In this document: piece after piece, positions 1-12,730 of the stretch
How positions within the stretch are numbered: the stretch's first letter is position 1
How the letters are laid out: every line of letters starts with the position of its first letter
Source: Tubiluchus corallicola
Lineage: Eukaryota; Animalia; Priapulida
DNA: 64,000 nt
Assembly: GCA_030141605.1 (NCBI GenBank)
Contig: JAQGDQ010001081.1
Location: forward strand, 1-64,000
Direction of reading: 5' to 3'
Notes under the pieces: model-generated
The model's input: only the letters and a program-made list of their open reading frames with translations
The model's database searches: none
What the model was told of the DNA's origin: nothing
Position numbers and translations under genes: made by a program

Positions 1-1277
1 AACAGATTTCCCTTTTAACTGTTTCTATATTCATGTTGCTATCTGTGTGGTTTTTTGCTTAATGATGTAGGATTAGTTCCCGAGCTCCATAAAGATATAT
101 GAAACTAAAAGACGATGAAAGTACATTTTGGATGAAACTTTTGATCCAAACTTACTTCTGGATGAAGTACATTTTGAACACTGGATTTATAAAGTTTGCC
201 CAGAAGCAAGGATTGCCTGCAGTTAACCATCCAAATGCTAGTTAAAGCTGGAATGTTCTATTTTTGAAAGCCAGCAAATAAAATGGCATCAAATACATTT
301 CAGTAAAAAACTTAATCCAATTCATGAGCGTCAAAGCCAAATTCGTAATTTCCTCATATACTGGAATGCGGATTAATTTTCAGTTTTTTTATTTTACCTT
401 GATCAATTATAGCTCCCACAACTTTCGTGTTGTAGTAGTCAGGGAGAAGGCGTTCACATAGAGCTACTAGTAACCAGAATGCCTCTTCTTCATTAGCATA
501 CAGAAGCAGCACTGATGTAACAATATTCATGGCTTGACAGTATCCTAAACATTGCACAGAGGTGTGTAATATTCATGTGTGGAAACATACAGTCGTAAAA
601 ATTAATGTTAAAATAACATGCAGTACTGTCTTGATGTGTCATCTCATTCTGTTGTCACGCCATACGCAATTGAAACAATGACAGGTTAGAACATGATTTC
701 AAATTGATATGCTATTATAAACAAAATATAGAAGGAACTCATAAATATTATTAATGAGCTAGCACATTTGTACATATTTAAAAATTCCCAATTACAATAT
801 CTTAACTCTGTCGTTTTACATCTGTGGCGTCATACATAGCTACACAAATGAAATGCTACCCAAAAATGTGCAGTTATGCAACTTGAGTTATGATTAGGTA
901 AACCTATCATAATAGGACGTTATACAGAATAAAAAAATAGAATTTACATACCAATAGATGGATTTCTGCAAGCATAAGCACTTAATACTCTTCGTAAAGC
1001 ACTAATGCCAATATCAGACTGAAATGCTGGATGTTCTGGAAGTGACCTACAGTAACGTTTCCCCGTGTCAACAGTTAGCATCACATTACCAACATTTTGT
1101 CATTATAAAAATGTAAGAAAAGAAATAAACTTTTTGTAGTGCCTTGAATAGCTGTTAATTATTGTTATTAATTGATTTTCAAATCTAAATACAAAAATAT
1201 TTTCATATTTGAGCTCAGATCTATATGACTTCAATGTCGGAGGGAGCATATAAATCTACCTGTGTAAATCCCTTTCT
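1..1277 (-). repeat. Inverted duplicate of 3394-4670 (TBC1D9 exons/introns); runs off the left window edge
   Basis: Position x matches the complement of 4671-x. Identical 67-aa ORFs at 354-557(-) and 4114-4317(+). Two substitutions seen (66 vs 4605; 787 vs 3884). Confidence 0.97.
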
Positions 1278-1446
1278 CTTTCATAATTCGTTACTTTGCA
1301 GTCTTTCGTATCTTATAATTTTAACATTTTGGGCACTGTCTAACCTTGTTAATTTTTATTCATTCATTGTTTCGAAATATTTTGTAACAGTGACTACAAT
1401 TTTGCTACTTTATAAAATCCTCTATTATTATATTGTTTTCAGCTTG

Positions 1447-1449
<3 letters not shown>

Positions 1450-1480
<31 letters not shown>
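1450..1480. repeat. (AT)n microsatellite
   Basis: Direct reading: tatatata run of about 30 bp. Confidence 0.9.
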
Positions 1481-1485
<5 letters not shown>

Positions 1486-1508
1486 CATCATTTGTTATAA
1501 TTTTGTAG

Positions 1509-4500
1509 ACAAATTTCCTTTTTGCTGAGCTAAAGGACAGGCAGTTCATATTGGAAAAGATTTCTGACTTTCTGGCCAAAATTCCAGATCAGAAACAGTG
1601 AGTATGCTGCAATGAAGACTATGCCTATTACTATTCATTTTATATGCTTACCATACAATTGTGGTTTTCAGTTTTTCAGTACATACTATAATTAGTATAC
1701 TGTATAACAATATGTATGCAAGCTCGAGTTTTTCTGCATAGATCTCTAGGTGATAATGATCGTGAAAGTGTGACAAGTACTAGCAGCAGTAGCAGTTTTA
1801 TCAAGATTGTGCGAGAAGCTGGTAGTGGCAATGGAACTGAAAGTGCATTGAGTACATCTCCATCCTCAGAAAGTGGATTTGTTAAACTAAGCCCGATGGA
1901 GGTGCCTGTTAAGCCGGAGGAAATTTATACAGGTAATTTTTAGCTCTGGACATTATTATTTTGTCAGTTTATAGGAAAGCCAATAGGTAGTAATCCATAA
2001 TGTTAAACAAAATTTCACTTCTAACAAAAAATTGAAAAGGGATAAGAATTGGTATGCTCTTGATTTCTATTAGATTTAATATCAGTTGGCAAAATTCCAT
2101 AAAACAAGTAAAAATCGGAATGGTCTTTATCATGATTCGTCATCATAACCTTTATAATCATCGTCACTCTTGTTATCATAATCGCCATTGTCATTAGCTT
2201 CATTTTCTCTTCATGTGGCAGGTAGCCTCAGCTCCAATCTGCCTGGAATTTCAAATCAGCCAGCTTTAATCAAAGTGTTTCCAATGCTCCATTCAGATAT
2301 TGTCAAATCTCAGGAGAATGCTAAGGAACACTTGTGGAGTATGCATTTCACTGAATTTGGCAGGTGAGCTAAGCATCATCGTAGTTTCATTTCTCTATAA
2401 CGAATTTCATAGTTTCTTTTTACATATTTTCTGCAGTATTCTTTTACGTGCACCCATTTATTCTAGTCGGATTTTGATCCATTTCTGTTTGCGAAGCAAT
2501 TAATTTGTCATTCATCCACAGGAGTGTTGAGATAAGCTCCTGTTGACATACGATGTTTTTGATATTGGTCAGTAGTAGATTCCAAGTGCTGCATAGACCT
2601 TGTAAAGCAGTATTTACAACTTTGGTGTGATCTTCCTCAGTGCATCACTAAAATTACTTTGCAGAATGATTTGCATATCTTCAAGAAAGTAATATTTAAT
2701 TTTTTGTGTAATTTGCATTTTTTATGTAAATGCATACTACTTTTTACAGAGGCATATGTCATTATCGCACAACAGCCACACATCATCTCGTCATGAAGGG
2801 AATTCCTGAAAGCTTACGTGGTGAACAATGGCTGGTTTATTCAGGTGCAATAAATGAGGTGACTAATTATTGGTTTAGAAATTCATAACTTTTACTTATA
2901 ACTTGTAACATCATGCTTTATCTGTACTTTGTCACATCCTTCTGCAATGCGTGTCCTCACTAACTTTTTACTTATTTCGATGTTTGGGAATAGTGCAACA
3001 ATAACCTCATGAGTTGCACAGTTGCAGCAAATATAGGTCTGATGGTATGATTATTTTCAAACTGATTATTTTGCCCAGATGTCATCATCGTGGATAAGGT
3101 AAATTATCTTCATTACTTTGGCTAAATCGTTGATTTTAATTGACATAAACACAGTCACCTTTTCTGCTGAAGGTTCTTAGGGTTGTACGTAAGTAAATGA
3201 TCTGATGTCTCACTTGGGTAATCTGCAAGATAGTTCATCTTCCATGATCAGTGAAATTCATTCAAGTGTGGAAATTCTGTATAAGCTTTTATAATTTGTC
3301 CAAGTTTTGTTTATAGATGGCAACTCATCCGGGTTATTATGCAATGCTGGTAGAAAGGAGTGTCGGCAAAATGACGATGGCTAACGATGAAATAGAAAGG
3401 GATTTACACAGGTAGATTTATATGCTCCCTCCGACATTGAAGTCATATAGATCTGAGCTCAAATATGAAAATATTTTTGTATTTAGATTTGAAAATCAAT
3501 TAATAACAATAATTAACAGCTATTCAAGGCACTACAAAAAGTTTATTTCTTTTCTTACATTTTTATAATGACAAAATGTTGGTAATGTGATGCTAACTGT
3601 TGACACGGGGAAACGTTACTGTAGGTCACTTCCAGAACATCCAGCATTTCAGTCTGATATTGGCATTAGTGCTTTACGAAGAGTATTAAGTGCTTATGCT
3701 TGCAGAAATCCATCTATTGGTATGTAAATTCTATTTTTTTATTCTGTATAACGTCCTATTATGATAGGTTTACCTAATCATAACTCAAGTTGCATAACTG
3801 CACATTTTTGGGTAGCATTTCATTTGTGTAGCTATGTATGACGCCACAGATGTAAAACGACAGAGTTAAGATATTGTAATTGGAAATTTTTAAATATGTA
3901 CAAATGTGCTAGCTCATTAATAATATTTATGAGTTCCTTCTATATTTTGTTTATAATAGCATATCAATTTGAAATCATGTTCTAACCTGTCATTGTTTCA
4001 ATTGCGTATGGCGTGACAACAGAATGAGATGACACATCAAGACAGTACTGCATGTTATTTTAACATTAATTTTTACGACTGTATGTTTCCACACATGAAT
4101 ATTACACACCTCTGTGCAATGTTTAGGATACTGTCAAGCCATGAATATTGTTACATCAGTGCTGCTTCTGTATGCTAATGAAGAAGAGGCATTCTGGTTA
4201 CTAGTAGCTCTATGTGAACGCCTTCTCCCTGACTACTACAACACGAAAGTTGTGGGAGCTATAATTGATCAAGGTAAAATAAAAAAACTGAAAATTAATC
4301 CGCATTCCAGTATATGAGGAAATTACGAATTTGGCTTTGACGCTCATGAATTGGATTAAGTTTTTTACTGAAATGTATTTGATGCCATTTTATTTGCTGG
4401 CTTTCAAAAATAGAACATTCCAGCTTTAACTAGCATTTGGATGGTTAACTGCAGGCAATCCTTGCTTCTGGGCAAACTTTATAAATCCAGTGTTCAAAAT

Positions 4501-7500
4501 GTACTTCATCCAGAAGTAAGTTTGGATCAAAAGTTTCATCCAAAATGTACTTTCATCGTCTTTTAGTTTCATATATCTTTATGGAGCTCGGGAACTAATC
4601 CTACTTCATTAAGCAAAAAACCACACAGATAGCAACATGAATATAGAAACAGTTAAAAGGGAAATCTGTTTCAGAAAGCAGAACTAGAGCCATAATTTTT
4701 ATCAGTGATCCATGTCAGTTTGTAGCACTGCACCTTACACCGCATAACCTAACTTTTTACACTTTTCCTAGATTGGACTGCATTCAATTTTAAAAAACAC
4801 TGTTTCTCAAATCTATTGATAGTGCTTGGTTCAAGCAGTTTGTAGAAGTTTTTAAACCTAAATGTGCAACACTTAGCAGAAATTTGAAATGTAATGTTTT
4901 CAAAATTATTTTATCTGATTTTTTATTTTAGGTGTGCTGGAAGACCTGACAAAGGAACACCTTCCGGATCTATATGAAAAACTACAAAAACTCGATATTT
5001 TGCACATGATTTCACTCTCTTGGTTCCTAACTATCTTTCTTAGGTGAGTTATTTTGGTCCATTTTTGATTTTTTGAAAAAAATTTCAGTACACTATATCA
5101 GTGCTTCCATTTAACAATATTTACTCTAGTCAAAGCACTCTAGCAAGATGCACTATGTAATCGTTTGTTGCTGTTACTTAACTGATTCTTTTGTGGGTTA
5201 AATTAGATGGAGCATAAGTATGTAGAGAATGTTTGTGGTTTCATATAAATTACATTTCTATAATGTCATATAAAGTTAATAAGCTTATTTTATTTTCTAA
5301 CATGTTCTATATTTTTACTGTTTATTTAGTAGTTCTTCAAGTTGCACTATGGAATATTCTGGCTGTGCATAAAAGTGTCTTTGACTTTTCATTTTTTGCC
5401 TCTCCTGTTTTACAATATAGAAATAGTTATAGTAATTCTCACGTCAGAACATTACCAGTTAGTTGCAATCAACCTGTATTATTTGTTAGTTATATAAAAA
5501 ATGAATTATCATTTTGTGAGCATTTAACTTGTCACTCATTTTTCTGTATAAGCTGCCCAGCCCCTGCTAAAGTAAGCAACTTTGAGCATTTAATTTCATC
5601 TCTAGAAACTTTGTAGTATGGTTATGGAAAATCTCCTAACTTGAAAGGAAGTGCTCTTCAAGGAAATTGTTTTTACACTGGCATTAACTCTAAATTGACA
5701 CCTCACCTTAACAATTTTTTTATTCCCTGCTTTTCTTGGAGTTGTTCTGCATTTCAATTCGTTCACATTTGTCACACTACTAATTTATTTTTTTAATGTG
5801 CTTCAAGTTTGATGCTTTTTATGTCTGTTTAAATTACCAACCTAGTATTTATGTCTGTTTATGTCTATTTTAATGTAGAAGAACGTGATTTCATGATTTT
5901 CTGTATTCTTTTAGGGCAAAGGTACCAAACATTGTAAAGTATGTTTGACCAGATCAAAAAATAAATTTATACAATCATTAATCTATAATCAATTAATCAT
6001 ACTAATTTCACATTCTCGACTTTTATGTTTCTTTCTAGACTTTTATATTAGTTTGCATTTTTGTTTGTTAGTACAATGCCATTTGAGAGTGCTGTGAACA
6101 TTTTAGACTGCTTCTTTTATGATGGAGCCAAAGTGATATTTCAGATAGCTCTTACAGTTTTGGATGCCACCCGAGAGAATCTCACCACTTGTAAGGTAAA
6201 CCAGTAGATTTTTTTCACAAATTTGGGATAAAGTCTCTTTAGCCTTTACACTGAATTCTTGGATTGACTAGTAACATAATTGTTTGCTGCAGCCTTGATC
6301 ATGAAATTACTTTTGTTTGGTTCACAGAGTGAACCACTACTAGTAATAGAATCAGTTATTTATCACCATTTTAGTGACCACAATGAATTCTTGTACAAAC
6401 TGACTGTGCTTTGCAAAGCATAAAATGTTTTTATGGCATTTTGGTTAAGTTTCTTTTTCTGTTACAGGATGAAGGATCAGCAATGTGTGACTTAAGTCAG
6501 TACTTAGAGAATGTAGTGAACAAGGAGGCCACTCTCCCTCATATTATGCATACAAACCTAGTTGGTAACAAATGTGCAGCTGCTGGAAAGGAAAAAAAGG
6601 TTAGTTGAAGTTTTTTAAGCATTTTAGAAATGTTTGGAAATGAGCTTTCATTTGGATAGAGCTTATCACCTGGATAGCAGGGTTAACTGTAAGGTGGGTG
6701 GTATGGGACTTTTTGTAAGAACACCCTCTAATAGCCATGTTATTACAAATTTTTATATGGTAAGCAGATGGTTATAAAATTTTTGTAGCCATGTAGGTAT
6801 AAATCATTTTTTGTCTTGTGTTCTTTTGAGAATTATTGTGTTAAACTGCATTTTAGTTGATTTATGAAAGTCTTCATGGTGCACTACTTTATAGCCTAAA
6901 ATGTGTCGATCAAAACTTGTTTACTTTTCCTGCCCTTTATCTATGACTCTGCTAAGAAGTCTTAACATTTCTGAGTAATATTACCATATCATGATTATTT
7001 TCCTGGGTATTTCGTGAAATAGATCTGTGCCACCTGCAAGTCATTCTGAAAATTTTAAGTTGATGTCTTATAAGCGAATAAGTGCTAAAATTCACTCTGT
7101 CATCTGATATAATCAATATAATCAAAAGCTGGTTATTTGACGGAGCAAACAATTTTATTTTAGTTACAGGCTGCCTAGTTCAGCTGTAAAGTAGAAATTA
7201 GAGAGGGTTTTTATATTCTTCTTTATCTGTTGTTGCTTTTCGTATTTATATGTAAAAGCTTTTGTTTTTCAGTCTATGGTAGACATTTCAGAGCTTATCT
7301 ATGAATCGTATTCCAACTTTGGATTTTTGACGACTAGCACAATTGAACGATTGCGGCTTAAACATCGACTTCGAGTTGTACAAAACCTAGAAGACACTAC
7401 AATGAAAAACGTGGTGCGAAGTATCATTCATGAAGGCACCACCTTGTGGACACATGATGAACTACAACAGCTTTACCTTATTTTCAAAGTTAGGGAAAAT

Positions 7501-10500
7501 TTACAGTTTTTTGTTTAAATTTTTTAAAACATTTATTATTAAATGCTCATATATTAAAAAGACAATTTTTGTGATTGTTTTGCTATTTTAAGACTCTATA
7601 AATATGTGTTGTGCTACGGTCAGTTGATAGTTGATAGCATTAATGGCTGCTCTTTATTTTGTAGGAAGAAAGGCTAAGTTCTGCATATTGGAAAAGCACA
7701 GTACATACGGCATTTGACCCGGATAAATATGATCTTTCACTGCCTTATTATGCACAACACAAAATTGATTTTGATCACTTTAAATTCTTGTTTTTAAGTC
7801 TCTCGCCGTGGGGACAAGGAATACATGGTGAAACTCTGGCGTTGAGAGCATTCAGGGTAATTTGTTGTACCATTTTATCTGATTTTGTATGCTCACATAT
7901 TTTTAATTAATAATGTTATCAATTAAAATGTGCATTCTGCATATTTTAAATTTCGTGCAAAAACTAATTTGCTTTTTTATGATAAAATGAACTATCTTAC
8001 AATAGTAGTGTAGTAATCTCTGAAAAATTTTTAAAGTAGCCCTTCAAGAATCAAGACATGTCTGCTTGCTGTTTTCGTTATTAATGAAAAAATAATGAAA
8101 GGCTTTTTGGTAATGTCTGCATCTGTTGAAGACAAGGTTCTCAAGAAATGCTTTGATCGTCGTTGAAGTGTCCAAAAAACTATTTCATCATTAGCCTGTT
8201 TGTTTCACTTCTGTCTTGTCCTGCTCAGCTTGAGTCGGTTCTTCTGCAGATAGTTGGGGTAATAATATTCTTTGTTGATAGCTTTGCTGACACCATCATA
8301 GAGAAATCTTCTTGTAGTTTGATTTAAGGCCATCTGTGATTGAACTGCTTTATTTTGTGGCAGTGCTATTGGTTTGAGTGGCTTCAATCATTGACTGCTA
8401 TTTGTGCTGCAACACAGTTCCTTGTTTTTTTTTTAAATTTGAAGAATAACAATCACAGGAGATGTATCATTTTTTCAGCTTTATGACAGAAATAGAGATA
8501 ATATGATCAATTTCAAGGAATTCTGTATTTGCTTGGAAGTGATGTGCAGATCAGATCTTGCTGACAGATTCCAGTTATTCTATTTGATGCATCAACCACC
8601 TGCATTTTTACCGGGTGATTTAGATAGTCCTACAACAGGTATTAAGTCACATTTTGTGCTCTTATTAATTGGTTATCATTGTCAGCTCTTTTTTACTGTT
8701 GTCCCACAACACATTGTATAAACGTGTTCACAGAACATCACAAAAATTGCCAGAAGTAACATTTTTGTTAATTAAAACATATTTTAATTCTATTAATTAG
8801 ATCAAGATAAGTTTTTTGTGAAAAAACATGTAGCGAAGAAACATTGGTACTTGGTGACTTTAAATCAGAATGATAACTAAACGCAGACATTCAGCATTTG
8901 CAGACTTCCGTACCAGTACATATTATGTACTTACAACCACTAACAGAAAGGGGTAGCATTCTTAATTACCATTATTGGGGTGTTCTAGTGTTAACATGTG
9001 CATGAAAGGGCTCTTGTAAGCGAAGCTAATTGCTGTGAGTTCAGATGTCAGCTGAGAAGTTGGTTAATATTTACCATTAATTCTTAGCTATCCTTGTAGG
9101 TGTGTCCCAGTGGACTAATTGTTTGTTAAATTCCACTTTATTGGCGGCTCATATGTGAGTTTGCGCCATTTTGAGAAACTCTGAGCAAAAAGCAAAAGGA
9201 TTAGGAGCCATAGCCATAAGTTACTTCTGTTAGTTTCTTATTAAGAGCTTTCTAGTAGTGCTTCAAGCCCAAGATGCAAACACAAAAGATGAGAGTTCTG
9301 CTTACTATATCTTCTACTTCAACCGTGCACCTGTATAGTAATTTTCCATGTACATATCTTTATTATTAAAAGTTGAAGTTACTGTTGTTTGCTTATGCAG
9401 CCGGCAGCTTTCAGGTATACTTAAGCTTTGGAACTATTGATTTTCTATGCAGTATTTGTACAAATCTCTTGCTAGCAAAACTAATTTAATTCAAATGAAA
9501 TTTGTTTAGATGGAGCTGAAATTGCATCTGAAGCTACAGACTTCTTTGATTGTGCACTTCTAACTCCGAAAAAGCAACAATCGGTCAGAGAATCCAGCTC
9601 AGAATCAATTGAACATGTTTCACCAATATTACTTGAAGGTAAGTTGCACTAACAAGTTTTTCCAAAATTTTGTTGGATATGTATCACTTCAGTTTTTAAC
9701 TGTTAAACTTTCAAACCATAATAAATCTTAACTTTCACTCATTAGCAATGAATCATTTTTTCCTCTGTAGGAGCCTTGCAAAAAGATGAAGAGGACATAA
9801 CAGAGAAGTATAGAACTAAAGGAAGACAACTTAGTCATAGTGACAGTAAAGAGTCTATGCGAACTGTTCCTAAAATGACACAGGTATGTAATTATTACTC
9901 TATTGCTAAAGAGAAAAAATTAATTGGATCACAAACTTCTAAAAGAATAGTGTAGCCAAGGAGTCTCTTCACATTTATTTTTTTTGTCTTTCTCAAAAAT
10001 GTTTATGCAACTTTTCTATTTCTTTTTCAGTATTTGAGGGAGGGCCGAATTAGCATAGTAGCTAACATTGTAACTGCTGCCTCTCGCTAAGCTGTGAAAA
10101 CATTTTGCATATATAAATTATATTTTATATTATCTATAAATTATATGCATGTAAAATTTTTTCATAGCTTACTTCAAATTTCAACTTAAATCCAAGAATC
10201 CATTCGCACCAACTTCCATTATCACGAATATTGTGAATCTCGTTAAATTCGCACAAGTTTTACCTGAATATAAAAAAATAAAGAAATACTGGCACTAATC
10301 TGACGTTGTCACTCTTTGCCTTATGCTAACACGCACGCTGCCATATTGCATTTGCGAAGTTATTTAGTTACTTCCCAAGTGTCACAGGCTCACTGCGCTT
10401 TTCACTCAGTATTTAGGAGTGAGCATTTTTTACCAGAAAGCAAATTCGAATAGAACCAAATTTTAGTATTTCGAACCCGAATCGAATTCAAATTAAGTTT

Positions 10501-12724
10501 GAAAGATTTTCGAACAAGTTTTCGAATCACTAGTTAAAAGTGGTCTTACAAAGATCATGCATATTATTTGATTTTGTTCTACAACAAAATCACTATTAGT
10601 TTATTAGAATCCTATTCGAATTGAGTTTAAACGATTTTCGAACAACTTTTCAAATCACTAGTTAATAGTGGTCTTACAACAGTCATGCATATTATTTGAT
10701 TTTGTTCTGCAATAAAACCACTATTAGTTTGTTAAACATTTTGTTCAGAAACTGCAGCTAAATTGTGCCAATTGCATGCTACTTCAAATATTTTAATGAT
10801 AAAGAACGTATGCGGCTGAAATGCTAAATTATTAGATCTATAATTGTAGGTTCAAACTCAATGCTCACCCGTATCAGTATTGTATGTATAAATCAGGGTT
10901 CTATGCTCGTCATCAAGCCAACAAGAATGCAAAGTTGAAACAGTCGCTATAAATTTTGGAAATGGTCGATTTGTCTTTATTTCAGCTTTTGTGAAGCACT
11001 TTTCCATTGTGCTGTGCTCATATTGTGTTGATTTAAGCATTTACACGGACATTTTGTCGATAGACATTGATGTGGAGATTTGTCAAATTACCAATAAATT
11101 TTTTCATTTTAGCTTAAACAACTTTTCTCAAGCCTGGCATTATCAAAGCTTGGAGAATCAGACTGAAATATTATGTCTCATTCTGAAAAAGATGTTATTC
11201 GTGATATTGATTAATAAACTTATAACAAGTAAATTACTTTAATTGAAATTCAACCTTCGCTGCTTCAATAATTGTAATTCATTGTGCAATTTAGACTTCG
11301 ATTCTCTGGATTCTCGTAAAGTGTCACGGCGAAAATGTGTTTAGATTCTGACAACATGTAGATTCTGGCAAAAACAAATTACAACACTGTTTTCCAAATG
11401 TTGAAAATGTTTATATTTACCTGTGTATTTACCTCCATATTTACCTGTGTCTGCTCTGGGTGACTAACTGCTCCGGAGAGCGATCATTTTCAGCATTTGA
11501 ATGATGATAAAAAATGAACGACGGGGCACTATGTGACAAATACCTTTCATTAGCAATCAGGATTATTTTTCCATGTTTGTAAAAGTGGCTTCAGTTACAA
11601 AGTCATCAGTGCAAGGCTTGTGAGACTTTCCTTTAGTTGTTAATTTACTGATTTTGATTATCATTGATTTTTTATAGTGTGCTGGTGAAATTAAACATAA
11701 ACAAACATTTCATTTGTTTAAAAGAAATGGCATTCTAGCCTATTCTGACATTCTCAAAACAGATACTGCATTAACATTTTCTTTACATATCATAGGAACA
11801 ATTTATCCAGTTGTGGAAGTCACTGTATGACATATTTGTTGATCATCCTCAAGAGCAAGATATGTATCATTGTATTGCAACTGTGGGGACCTTGCTTCTG
11901 CAGATTGGTGAAGTGGGTAAGCAGTTTGTCAACAAAGAACAAGGTCAAGAACAAAAAATACCAGGTAACTATAACTACATTCAAGGAAACATTCCATCCC
12001 ATTTTCAAAAGAGCAAAATATGTAACCCATACGTAACCCACTCCTAGCTGTAAAATTTCTATGCAGCAGCTATTGTTGAATAACATTATGTAAATATTTT
12101 CTTTCAGAAGTGGTTGATGTGGACACACCTACTGGTGAAATGAAAGAAACTGATATTACAGCAGCATTAGCAGAGGCATCAGCAGAGGGAGTTGCAGATT
12201 CGCCTCTTGAAAACACAACAGAGTCCTCAACTGCTGAAGGGAAGCAAGCTGATTATGATAAATCTGTTGAGGAGGCAGTTAAACAATTGTCACATAATCT
12301 GCCACCTACAGATGCTAGTGCCACAACAACTGATGCTGAAGCTGTTTCTGAAACTGAAGATGACACAAAAGATGTAAAACTTAGTCAACCAAAAATGCTC
12401 GACTTGTCTGAAACTTCACATGTTGGTGGACAGACTAGTTACATCAGTCCTGACCAGGACACGTCTTCATCAGCCACGAGCGGGCCTGACACTGATTCTG
12501 GCACAAAGAGCCCAGATTCATATCCAAGCAACAACAGCGGTGAACCAGACATGGAGTGGTCAGTAACATTTGAGCAATTTCTCGCATCAATGCTGACTGA
12601 AGAAGATTTGTGTGAATTTTTTGAGAGGCAGGTTAATATCACACAACAGATTGAAAAGTTAAGAAGCAAAAGATTAGAGAGGCAATCAAGTAGCTTTGGT
12701 AACACTGCAGGTACCATGGTTTAA
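1509..12724 (+). CDS. TBC1D9: TBC1 domain family member 9/8-like Rab GTPase-activating protein (GRAM-TBC-EF-hand), 5'-partial, 17 exons, ~943 aa visible
   Basis: GT-AG exons with consistent phases: 1509-1597, 1742-1932, 2222-2363, 2750-2858, 3317-3411, 3625-3719, 4127-4273, 4932-5043, 6072-6195, 6468-6599, 7273-7488, 7665-7856, 8479-8638, 9510-9638, 9771-9883, 11796-11964, 12108-12724 (2832 nt). Motifs: end of GRAM2 ([20 protein letters not shown]), [11 protein letters not shown], arginine finger [17 protein letters not shown], glutamine finger [19 protein letters not shown]-hand [27 protein letters not shown]-terminal [15 protein letters not shown]. Confidence 0.93.
10505..10730. repeat. Two-copy tandem duplication, ~128-bp period, intronic
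   Basis: gattttcgaacaa...atcactagttaa.agtggtcttacaa...tcatgcatattatttgattttgttct occurs at 10505 and 10633. Confidence 0.85.
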
Positions 12725-12730
12725 AATAAA
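12725..12730 (+). terminator. Candidate proximal polyadenylation signal of TBC1D9
   Basis: AATAAA immediately after the stop codon. Further AATAAA hexamers lie downstream (e.g. ~13432, ~14750), so the real site is unknown. Confidence 0.3.

Noticed and set aside
354-557. Minus-strand ORF encoding a TBC fragment, as a separate gene
   Set aside because: It is the inverted copy of TBC1D9 exon 4127-4273. No start or upstream exons exist on that strand, and the copy begins mid-exon.
10860-11390. Possible hAT transposase C-terminal remnant ([13 protein letters not shown]) and cagt..acactg ends
   Set aside because: Resemblance too weak; no clear TIR pair or TSD.
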